From NCBI GenBank assembly GCA_951406725.2, contig OX597841.1, positions 23,002,001-23,066,000 of the forward strand: DNA of 64,000 nt, written 5' to 3'. The position numbers were made by a program, and so were the translations under genes. The notes under the pieces are model-generated. The model saw only the letters and a program-made list of their open reading frames with translations, did not search any database and was not told the origin of the DNA. This DNA is from Octopus vulgaris (lineage: Eukaryota). Positions 39,501-48,850 of the stretch are shown one piece after another; positions within the stretch are counted from its first letter, which is position 1, and each line of letters opens with the position of its first letter.

Positions 39501-41959
39501 CAATCATTACTGAAAATAACCTGATTGCAGTATATGACAGTAATAATAAAAGCATTATGATATTCACATTTGACGGTCAACTTCTGGATTCTGTCAAACT
39601 GAATGTCAGCTACTTAATCGATATGTGTCAATGGCAGTCAAACACATTGGCTATTATGACTGGTGGTTCTGATAACGATGTTGATGATGATGATGACAAC
39701 GATGATAGTGGTGACGATGATGACAATGATGATGAAGATGATGACAATGATGGTGATGATGATGATGATGATGCTGTTGAACACCAACTGTTGACATTAA
39801 AAGTGGAATTTCCACTGTCATTGGTAAATTACCAGACAAGCAGTATATACTGCTGCATTGCTTCTTTGTCAAACAATCAACTGGTGCGTAGTAAATGGCG
39901 AGACGAATGTGATTTGTATGTTGTCGATATTGACGAAATACATTTGACGGTCAATGAAAATAAACAAATAGACATACCTGAGATATTAACAAGATACAGT
40001 CATGGGGGTAGTAATTATATTAATGAGATCTATAATGTTGTAATTAATGCTAACGATGTCATCATTGTCCATAATAAAAGATTCATCATTTTCTTCAACA
40101 GTGACGGTCGGTATTTACATTCAGTTAGAACCTACCGAGATTATTTTGGGTTTTATAACTTGACACTCGATGACGGGTTTTTGTTCATTCATGGTTGGTG
40201 GGAAAGATATTTTAGTGACTACAGTGAATATAAAAACATTGTGTGTTTGACACAGAATGGGGAATACAACAGAATATTTTTGAATAAAAGAATTTATAAA
40301 GATAAGGTAGATTTCTCCTGTATAAACTGTAAAGGGCCGAGGTTTATTGGAAGCTACAGGTATCATGATAGTAACAAATTGTATGTTGAAGGTTTGTTTA
40401 AGGCTAATCGTGAAAGGTTCAGCGTCTGTCGTTTACAGACAGACAATTGCCCTGTTCAAGTAAAAGATCTTGATATCTCTGACGATGGACAAATAGTTGT
40501 ATGTGAAAAAGCCAATAATGGAAATGTTAAAATATTTGATAGAAACAGGCAATTGCTATGTCACAGAGATATTGGAAGTTTAGTTGGTGGTGTGTGCTTT
40601 ACAGGAGAAAGAGACATAATTATCACAGTTCCTGACAGACAAGAAATATTTCAACTGAAGCAACAAGATTTGGTGAATCATAAAGTTTGGGAAAGTCAAG
40701 TACCTTATGGTGTAATATGGAGAAAAGTGGGAAATATTTACTGGTGTGTACATATTAACTTGAGTGAATGTCATAGTTTAAAGATCGATGGGGACCAATT
40801 GGAGGTTCTAGAATCTATATCATTATCAAAGCTTGATTCCAGTCTTCGTTTCCCTTCCATTTCATCTCAGACGAACAATGAAATGTACAGTAGTGAATTA
40901 ATTAAATTGAAATACAGGGGAGAAGATGGAGAAGAAAGGGGTAGATCAGGTGAAATAGATGGTGAAGGTCGATTTATGGTTAGATGTGGTAATTACATAG
41001 CGGAGAGTATGTCGGGGTTTGATGAAATATCAGTGAGGAAACTGCCATATAGAACAGCAATGGTCCCGCTTTCCATTCCTTCCTTCGAGGAACCTGTTGA
41101 TTATGATATTGAGGATGCCAAGGACTACAACAGTAAACTAATTAAGTTAGATGAGAAGGTGAGTGTGTTTATGTTTAGAAACACTGTCACGGTAATCACC
41201 GCAACAGGTGACATACTGCAACATAAACAACTACCACAACCTCAACCACCACTAGACATATGTTGGTGGACAGATGAATGTTTCATAGTTGCCTTCGGTG
41301 AACAGCTGATGTTCTTTGAAAGGGATCTCTGTCGTTTAAAAACCATCAATACTGAGAAATACTACAACAGGATTTATAAACACAGCGACAATCAACTTGT
41401 GTGTGGTGGTCATGAGATTGGAGACAGAACTAAAGAGGGAAGATGCTGTTACAACTACTATGTAGATATAGTTGATATTGATGGTGGGACATGTAAATAT
41501 AATTGTGGGGTGTGTTCTGGAGTGGATGTGCTGAAGAAAGAGCGAGGGGTATTGGTGTGTGATATAGCAGTGACATCTGGTGGGGATATTGTTATTGTGA
41601 AATGGAAGGATTGGCAGAGGTGGAGTGGTGGTCACTATTTAATCTGTTGGTACAGGGATCAGTTGTTGGTCAGGAGTATAAAACTACAGCCAGGTTTTGA
41701 TAGGGATTACATATACAGACCATGTCTAAACATACATGGCGAATATGTTTATATAACAGACATATATAACAATATTTACCAGATACCTGGAGATATTCCA
41801 CACCAAACAGCTGAAAGTATAAGACAATATTTATTCCTTGATGGTCAAGATAATGAAGTCTTCACAGTTCTTGGGCTTGGTATTTCAGACAATTCCTTCT
41901 TCGTTTTTGGAATTATTCCAGGACGTCAGTCCTTTGCTTTCTTCCATTATGACAAATAA
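36569..41959 (+). CDS. 1796-aa single-coding-exon protein: degenerate B-box-like/coiled-coil N-terminus followed by about 6 tandem NHL-like beta-propeller domains (TRIM-derived, no RING seen)
   Basis: 5.4-kb open frame in AT-rich DNA; acceptor ttcattatag 7 nt before the ATG; AATAAA overlaps the stop; blade motifs such as ICHLPNGQLVVSDINNDCLFY and LDISDDGQIVVCEKANNGNVKIFD. The coding call is firm; the domain calls are inferred by eye. Confidence 0.85.
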   Translation: MEGNTGNTSRILKPPKTSFCDEGGVYNQKCRYWRDDILETETSQNQSLCQPTTKQDRHKEDREKCKTIGRRVVLDKCMYYTRFNAYEDKINMLVNSREKTCAILKSVGLDKSSFLKDFTRRIEILQKNVKKCDYNQDFIIFGQLECFLEQYVKKNVLQLKHRSIEAPKITDKFRPLCPVVTREAMFTESDEGFSNIISNIVVIQGGVVTYSRHYMTVCCVKMNGNRNEVHCPSSVTDFTRIGKDTVLATLPFRKIILIISPSSLKIQTLQLGFYRVSYLEHFTVIGVEMFGKTVNFIDWEDNKITKQFLVKEPPSAIVVGPQNKLLLSFSNTNIVACYNLDGQQLFEVCTHSLELPTNITAYQNHFYVLQGQIIYKLSGTGGMSKKEIGVKGRNISVDSSTIFLVDYFGIPHAVRTTEDFWPRLSYSNQLHTPTFYNQIYVEDYYDITNILPMSTSSMLIISRNKKAILFTDIGGKIRQNYSSFPFVPSVFCRLNSKAFLIFYSEIKALQCVTCPELTKGPLIKVHSEYIKICHIVSNKCLAVTTTENKVEVHILLIKEGQVDIMERISLGHENVTIAATPINFVVVDGKKNKLVFYSTCGEELFEKSLPCYGYPHHIYSDNVYYYVVFKRESVVICYNIFGEIKWQWKLPLTAPSHVTVSQGTVYVADLALNRVLLFKCHDGSSCSLRIKNPYIRNLNIQLKEKEEKLLIAKICHLPNGQLVVSDINNDCLFYISKEGDIVSRLSLPSAATDICRWDCNQIGITLPLERQLRVIENLSKAVRTVSFTHPYVRVCKLGNGQMVSYCDKPSHLDILNIKNYNQVEIIHRINIPFVVKSLSIDKETLKLLIVTRKKVFQYNGSGGSGSNSKMVPSVLLSHMKPSLNLFGGCIDKLFVYLIDNSRIFAMTDHNLVVRDHITNKLVNMYADLVDVFSRNICVGEMLSSTLYLEDLTVSEEARHIDVVPPGLRNREPMRIDNSIITENNLIAVYDSNNKSIMIFTFDGQLLDSVKLNVSYLIDMCQWQSNTLAIMTGGSDNDVDDDDDNDDSGDDDDNDDEDDDNDGDDDDDDAVEHQLLTLKVEFPLSLVNYQTSSIYCCIASLSNNQLVRSKWRDECDLYVVDIDEIHLTVNENKQIDIPEILTRYSHGGSNYINEIYNVVINANDVIIVHNKRFIIFFNSDGRYLHSVRTYRDYFGFYNLTLDDGFLFIHGWWERYFSDYSEYKNIVCLTQNGEYNRIFLNKRIYKDKVDFSCINCKGPRFIGSYRYHDSNKLYVEGLFKANRERFSVCRLQTDNCPVQVKDLDISDDGQIVVCEKANNGNVKIFDRNRQLLCHRDIGSLVGGVCFTGERDIIITVPDRQEIFQLKQQDLVNHKVWESQVPYGVIWRKVGNIYWCVHINLSECHSLKIDGDQLEVLESISLSKLDSSLRFPSISSQTNNEMYSSELIKLKYRGEDGEERGRSGEIDGEGRFMVRCGNYIAESMSGFDEISVRKLPYRTAMVPLSIPSFEEPVDYDIEDAKDYNSKLIKLDEKVSVFMFRNTVTVITATGDILQHKQLPQPQPPLDICWWTDECFIVAFGEQLMFFERDLCRLKTINTEKYYNRIYKHSDNQLVCGGHEIGDRTKEGRCCYNYYVDIVDIDGGTCKYNCGVCSGVDVLKKERGVLVCDIAVTSGGDIVIVKWKDWQRWSGGHYLICWYRDQLLVRSIKLQPGFDRDYIYRPCLNIHGEYVYITDIYNNIYQIPGDIPHQTAESIRQYLFLDGQDNEVFTVLGLGISDNSFFVFGIIPGRQSFAFFHYDK

Positions 41960-42519
41960 ATATGTTTCATAAATATTAACAGTTTGTTATTGTTATTATT
42001 ATTACTGTTACAAAATTCGGTTTACTCACAAAACAGTAGCGACCTGGCAGAAACGTTAGCACGCCGGGCGAAATGCTTAGCAGTATTTCGTCTGCCGCTA
42101 TGTTCTGAGTTCAAATTCCGCCGAGGTTGACTTTGCTTTTCATCCTTTCGGGGTCGATTAAATAAGTACCAGTTATGAACTGTGGTCGATACAATCAACT
42201 TAATCCGTTTGTCTGTCCTTGTTGTCCCCTCTGTGTTTAGCCCCTTGTGGGTAGTAAAGAAATAGGTATTTCGTCTGCCGCTACGTTCTGAGTTCAAATT
42301 CCGCCGAGGTCGACTTTGCCTTTCATCCTTTCGGGGTCAATTAAATAAGTACCAGTTACGCACTGGGGTCGATATAATTGACTTAATCCGGTTGTCTGTC
42401 TTGTTTGTCACCTCTGTGTTTAGCCCCTTGTGGGTAGTAAAGAAATAGGTATTTCGTCTGCTGCTACGTTCTGAGGTCAACTTTGCCTTTCATCCCAACA
42501 TAATTTGATACATCCAGAA

Positions 42520-42695
42520 ACGTTTTTAATTATATCAAGATTTCACAACAGAATGGCTTTTCCCCCTGTATTTTTTTTGCTGTGCCTTTTTAACTTAGCA
42601 TTACAGGCAAAAGAAACCCCACACATTTCACAGTGGAAGGGTCTTTCCCCAGTATGCACTCTTTTATGAATGACCAGAATAGAATTATTACTGAA
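42520..42695 (-). pseudogene. Orphan duplicate of the last 1.5 fingers and stop codon of ZNF-B1
   Basis: Near-identical to 42908-43083. Confidence 0.85.
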
Positions 42696-42920
42696 CGAGA
42701 GCAAGTAGCGACTCGGACATTGCTTAGAAAATATTTTTCATTTTTAATCTCGACATTAGTACGCACTGGGGATTTTGACCTTAAAATTTTGGGGTAAAAA
42801 TGCAGATTATATTCGAGGATTTACGGTATATGAAATACACAGTGCAGTGGACAATTTTACCCTTGCATAAATCACACCTGAGACATGAATTAAATGTCCC
42901 AAGATACATTTTTAATTATA

Positions 42921-44252
42921 TCAAGATTTCACAACAGAATGGTTTTTTTCCCCTGTATGTTTTTTGCTGTGCCTTTTTAACTTAGCCTTACAGGCAAAAG
43001 AAACCCCACACATTTCACAGTGGAAGGGTCTTTCCCCCGTATGTTCTCTTTTATGAATGACCAGAATAGAATTATTACTGAATGATTTTCCACATATTTC
43101 ACAGTGGCAGGGTTTCTCTCCCGTGTGAACCCTTTTATGTCTGGTTAAATCACTTTTATTCACAAACGACTTCTCACATATGTCACAATGATGAGCTTTC
43201 TCGTCAGCGTGTATTTTTTTGTGTGTCAATAACGCACTGTTATTTGTAAAAGTTTTTCCACATATCTCGCAGTGGAACGGCCTTTCTCCTGTATGAATCG
43301 TTTTGTGATCAACAAGCCGAGAATTACAAAAGAATGATTTTCCGCAGGTTTCACATTGATAAGGCTTTTCTCCCGTGTGTACTCTTATGTGTTTCGTCAA
43401 TTCGCTGTTAACTGCGAAGTGTTTCCCACACGTTTCACAGCGGAAAGGTTTTTCCCCGGTGTGGGTCGTTTTGTGATACGCAAGACGCGAACGAACAGAG
43501 AAGAACTTACCACAGATTTCACAACGATAGGGTTTCTCCCCAGTGTGGACCCTGTTGTGACAGACAAGATGTGAAATCTGAACGAAGGATTTTCCGCAAA
43601 TTCCACAGCGATACGGCTTTTCCGCAGTATGTGTCCGTTTGTGATTTATAAGACTAGAATTAACCGAGAAGGATTTTCCACAAATTTCACAGCGGTAAGG
43701 TTTCTCCTGAGTGTGGATTTTTTGGTGCCTTGCTAAGATGCCGTTAGTTGCAAAATATTTACCACAGGCGTTGCAGTGATAGGGTTTTTCCCCAGTGTGA
43801 GTACGTACGTGAGTAACCAGACTCGATTTCTGACTAAAATATTTTCCGCATATTTCACACTGAAACGGCTTTTCCCCAGAGTGTACTCTCTTGTGACTTG
43901 TTAGGTAACTATTATCGGAAAATGATTTTCCGCATATTTCACAGTGGTAAGGTTTATTTCCACTGTGGATACGCACATGTATAACAAGATGGCTATTCTG
44001 GCTGAATGATTTTCCACACTGTTCACAACGAAACGGTTTTTCTCCTGTGTGTACCCTTTTGTGTTGCGTTAAATTACTGGATTTGCCAAATAATTTCCCG
44101 CAAATTTCACAGCGAAATTTTGTGTCCAATGAATTTCGTTCAGTAGATACTTCACTGCCTAAAATCTTATCGTTACTATAATCCTGTGTCACTTTATCCA
44201 AATTGGCCAAAACAGTCGAGTCGGGAATATCCAAGGGTTTAACGTCTTCCAT
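42921..44252 (-). CDS. C2H2 zinc-finger protein ZNF-B1 (14 fingers)
   Basis: ORF track starts at GTG 44258; first ATG at 44252 (MEDVKPLDIP); 14 intact fingers. Confidence 0.93.
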   Translation of the reverse strand: MEDVKPLDIPDSTVLANLDKVTQDYSNDKILGSEVSTERNSLDTKFRCEICGKLFGKSSNLTQHKRVHTGEKPFRCEQCGKSFSQNSHLVIHVRIHSGNKPYHCEICGKSFSDNSYLTSHKRVHSGEKPFQCEICGKYFSQKSSLVTHVRTHTGEKPYHCNACGKYFATNGILARHQKIHTQEKPYRCEICGKSFSVNSSLINHKRTHTAEKPYRCGICGKSFVQISHLVCHNRVHTGEKPYRCEICGKFFSVRSRLAYHKTTHTGEKPFRCETCGKHFAVNSELTKHIRVHTGEKPYQCETCGKSFFCNSRLVDHKTIHTGERPFHCEICGKTFTNNSALLTHKKIHADEKAHHCDICEKSFVNKSDLTRHKRVHTGEKPCHCEICGKSFSNNSILVIHKREHTGERPFHCEMCGVSFACKAKLKRHSKKHTGEKNHSVVKS

Positions 44253-46099
44253 ATTCACACCAGATGTAATTTTCTTGCAACCCGTGCCAGCGCGGAAAAC
44301 GGACGTTAAACGATGATGATGATGATGATGATTGTGAATCTCTTGGATAAACTAAGCAATATGTGTATAGTTTCTAATTAATCCTATAATACTCGTAGCT
44401 GACTGCAACGGCTGTAGAAATGATTGTGGTTTTAGATTTGCAAGTCAGCTACAAAAGGATTACCATCAAAGATATTCACTCATTATTTAGCCATTAGAAT
44501 CCATATTCTTGTAACTAATTCAAGATGCAACGAAAGTTGGAAACAAAATGAAATATTCAATCATCGCGATGATGAAGCTGGCTCTTTGTTATCAGTAAAC
44601 ATAAATGTTTACCTTACAACGAGCCAATTACCAAGGGTTTAACGTCTTCCATATTCATACCAGATGTAATTTTCTTGGATATTGTGATGCCCTCGGGTAA
44701 ACTAAGCAATATGTATATAATTTTACGGCGAGCTGGCAGAAACGTTAGCACGCCGGGCGAAATGCGTAGCCGTATTTCGTCTGCCGTTACGTTCTGAGTT
44801 CAAATTCCGCCGAGGTCAACTTTGCCTTTCATCCTTTCGGGGTCGATATAATCGATTTAATCCGTTTGTCTGTCCTTGTTTGTCCCCTCTGTGTTTAGCC
44901 CCTTGTGGGTAGTAAAGAAACAAATATGTATATAATTTTTACTTACGCCCACAATACTCGTAGCTGAGTGTATCCTTGTAGCAGATATATAATTGTAGAC
45001 AAAACTACTTTTTCTTTTTATATCTATGTTATGAAATATGGTTATGATCGAATAGGTACTGTACAGTTTAAAAAAAATATATCGAGTCCGTCTATATCAG
45101 TGGTTTTCAACCAGGGTTCCGCCAGTACAGTCCAGGGGTTCCGCAAGAAGTTACAAAAATGCTAAAATCGAAAGTAATTTTTAATTCTCCTGTGCAGATA
45201 TGTGTGCATAAGACAATTAAATTATTGCACAGGGGTTCCTCGAGCCAGTGAAATGTTTCCTTGGGGTTCCGCTCCAGCAAAAAGGTTGAAAAGCACTGCT
45301 CTAAACAATACGCAGGTCTGTGTGTGTGTGTGGTGCTATGAAATCACAATTGATCACTATTGCAGTGGCACTAGAAATGATTGAGGTTTTAAATTTGCAA
45401 GTCAACTACAAACGGAAGAAATATTATCAAAGTTATTCAACCAGTATTGTTGAGGTCGACTTTGCCTTTCATCCTTTCGGGGTCGATAAATTAAGTACCA
45501 GTTACGCACTGGGGTCGATGTAATCGACTTAATCCGTTTGTCTGTCCTTGTTTGTCCCCTCTGTGTTTAGCCCCTTGTGGGTAATAAAGAAAGTTATTCA
45601 ACCAGTATTGTTGAGGTCGACTTTACCTTTCATCCTTTCGGGGTCGATAAATTAAGTACCAGTTAAGCACTGGGGTCGATGTAATTGACTTAATCTGTTT
45701 GTCTGTCCTTGTTTGTCCCCTCTGTGTTTAGCCCCTTGTGGGTAATAAAAAAACAGTTATTCAAACCATTATTTGGCCCTTGAAGTCCATATTCTTGTAA
45801 ACAATTCCGGATGTAACGAAAGCTGGTAACAAAATTAAATATTTCATCATCGCGGTGACGGAGCCCCGAGTCTGAACCATTTTAGCTGGTTCTATGTTAT
45901 CGGCAAAAATTACTGTTTACCTTACAACAAGATAATTACATTTGCTCAAGTAATTATAAATAAAGTGCGCGGTGTAGTGGATAAAATTACCCTTGCATAA
46001 ATCATACCGGAGGCATCAGTTTCATGTACATAATTCGTACAGAAACATTTTTAATATCAAATTTTAAGTTTTATCACGACTTCAAGTGTCGGAGTCAAC

Positions 46100-46325
46100 A
46101 GTATCATTGAAGCTGGTAGTTATATTTACATTGTGATTGCCAATTCTTCGAATAAATATACAAGTAAGAACAAAGTACTTTCAGATTCGCCACACGAAGG
46201 GAAGTCACTCTGCACAAACTATTCAAACACTCGTGATAGCTCCAGTGATATATGGACCCGGACAGTGGTGGATTTTTCCATGATATCGAGTATGGAATTC
46301 CTTCAGTTGCCAGATACAGCTGGCA
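46100..46325 (-). mobile_element. Penelope-like GIY-YIG region fragment
   Basis: LASCIWQLKE motif, shared with 47330-47700. Confidence 0.55.
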
Positions 46326-46714
46326 AGATGGACGGATAGCGTGTGTGTAGGTGTGTGCATGCACGCGCACACACACATTTTTTTTTTTTTTTTTTTTAGA
46401 AAAGCATAAATCCGGAGAAGAAGCACCACTCTAAGAAGTCGAGCAGTCGATATTAATTACTGGTTGAGGCCAGTTTTTAGGGTTACCGTGGGTTTCTTGC
46501 CATAAATGGTACTTTTATGGTGTATCTTCAGACTCTAAGACCTGTTGGCCTATGGCCTCTTAAAAATATGGAGGGGGAAACGATACAGCTATAAACAGTG
46601 GGGACTATCTTCTTTTGGTGCTGGTCATCGGCTTCTGGCTGTGTTATCCTCCTTTAGTCACACCACCCGTCAGCTATGAGGGTAAAAGTTAGAGGGTTAT
46701 CCCCTACTCTCATG

Positions 46715-47270
46715 TGCGTATAAAGCATATGCAGTAATGTACAAATGTCTGGAAAGCGAACAGTGTAGGAGTCAGATACATGCTTGTGTGTGTATGGAGG
46801 AGAGAAAATCAGGTGTAGTGTTGGCGAATCTCAGGAAGCATGAAAGTTTTGAAGGATGCAGTGCTCCGACAACTAACAACTGATGCCGGCAGTTTGTTCC
46901 ATGCTTCAGCAACTCTCAGTGTGAAAAAATGTTTCCTAAAGTCATGGGAGCTGTGCTGTTTTCTTGACTTTGTAAACATGTCGACGGGTGTTAGACAGGT
47001 GGAGTTTGAAAAGGTGCTCAGAGTTATTGTTTGTAAGATGGTTGATAATTTTATGGGTGTCTGCCAAGTCAGCTGCCAGACGTCAGAGTTTCAATGTGTC
47101 CATGCCCAGGGAAGTAAGGCATTCAGTAAGGCAAATGCCTGATGGAGGGTATTCTTTTGATTGCATGTCGCTGAACGGCTTCCAGACACTTAATATCCTG
47201 GGCAAAATAGGGGTTCCAGACCGGTGATGCAAATTCCAGGTGAGGTCGTACCATAGCTATATAAAGCCGC
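46715..47270 (-). mobile_element. CR1/L2-type LINE 3' fragment (same family as 8.2-8.9 kb)
   Basis: Reverse complement of the 8.5-kb sequence, extending further into RT-downstream sequence. Confidence 0.85.
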
Positions 47271-47329
47271 AGAGCGGATCACAAAGCAATCAGTTTCCAG
47301 CTGTGGTATAATAATCACTAATACTGCTG

Positions 47330-47700
47330 TTATGTGGTTCCCAAAACGCTAACAGGAATCTCCTGAAATACAAGCAAAGCCCGAAAATCTCCATTCTCGA
47401 GTTCAGTATGGTCCCTAGTACGTGCAGGTTTTTCAGGATTTCCATGTATTCGGTTACGCATAGCTTGCAGCGTTTTGTTCCATTTATGTATGGACCCAGA
47501 CGGTGGAGGATTTTCCATGATATCGAGTATGGAATTCCTTCAGTTGCCAGATACAGCTGGCCAGTCGTGTTACATATCTCCTTTCTGGGACTCTAAATGA
47601 GGATCTATGGTTGGAAAGACGTTTCTTAAAGAAAGTTCTCACACATCGAATGTATTTCCTTTGATGCATGGAGTCGGTGTTGTGTCTACTGCTGCTTTCT
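47330..47700 (-). mobile_element. Penelope-like GIY-YIG endonuclease fragment
   Basis: KYIRCVRTFFKKRLSNHRSSF...TRLASCIWQLKE. Confidence 0.65.
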
Positions 47701-47777
47701 TCTTCTTCTTCCAATCAGGACTCACACCATTAGCCACAAAGAATAATCTCTAATTCGAGCCTACTCTAAGCTACTAA

Positions 47778-48070
47778 GGATGCGTGGCTTAGTGGTTAGG
47801 GCATTCGACAGACGATTGTAAGGTATGAGTTCGATTCCCGGCGACGCGTTGTGTCTTTGAGCAAGACACTTTATTTCACGTTGCTCCAGTCCACTCAGCT
47901 GGCAAAAATGAGTTGTACCTGTATTTCAAAGGGCCGGCCTTGTCACACTGAATCTCCCTTAGGGGTACACGTCTGTGGATTGCTCAGTCACTTGCACGTT
48001 AATTCCACAAGCAAGCTATTCCGTTGATCGTATCAGCTGGGACCCTCGTCATTGTAACCGACGGAGTGCT
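47778..48070 (+). mobile_element. tRNA-derived SINE family D (fragments at 860-980 and 7275-7380)
   Basis: GTGGCTTAGTGGTTAG A-box, GAGTTCGATTCCC B-box, TGTGTCTTTGAGCAAGACACTT core. Confidence 0.7.
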
Positions 48071-48289
48071 CCTACCTACTAAAAGGATGCGTGCAGCAAC
48101 TTGAAGATCCACCCACCACACGTGATAGACTGGCGGTTGCATGGGCATGAAAGCTACATTGTTATCCTCATTCGTAAATGGTGGCTTTTAATGGGGGGAG
48201 AGCTGAACCATCCTGGGGTACAGAGGATTCGCAATCTAGAACAGGGTCTGAAAGTTTACCACACCATACTGGGTGGGTTACACCATGGT

Positions 48290-48850
48290 TCCTCTGCATC
48301 TCATCTCGACTAACTCACTTTCTAATTAGTTGGGCTATAACCCTCTTTGTAACTTTCATCACCTGATCCAACAATTTGATACCTTCTTAATTATTTCTGT
48401 CTAAAGCATCACCTATACCTTTGTACCAGTTGACTGTGGTGCTGCTACATCAATCAATGGGTGTGACTCCCTCATGTACAACCTGGTTAACTATATGGGT
48501 GATTAGGCCACAACCCGCACAACCAGATATTTTAAGCATCTCAGTAGTGATTCCTGAGGGGCCAGGGGCTTTCATGGTCTTCATATCCTTCATGGCTTTA
48601 TCTTTCATACTACTGTCTATTCAGATTGTTGGTCCCTCTGTTAGGTCCACAGTAGTCAGACTCTCCTACTCCCATGAGTTCTCTACATTTAGTAGCCTTT
48701 CATAGTGGCATTTCCAAGCCTCCTTCTGTGCAGTCACTAACTGCAAGAGAACCATCATCCATGCAAACACACTTCTCTCCAACAATGTCCTAATTTTCCC
48801 AGGCACAATGTCTTGCAAGTGAAAACACTTCAAGCTACTGGTCCTCATGC
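48290..48850 (-). mobile_element. RTE-like reverse transcriptase fragment, degenerate
   Basis: AWKCHYERLLNVENSW and KAPGPSGITTEMLK-like segments. Confidence 0.7.
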
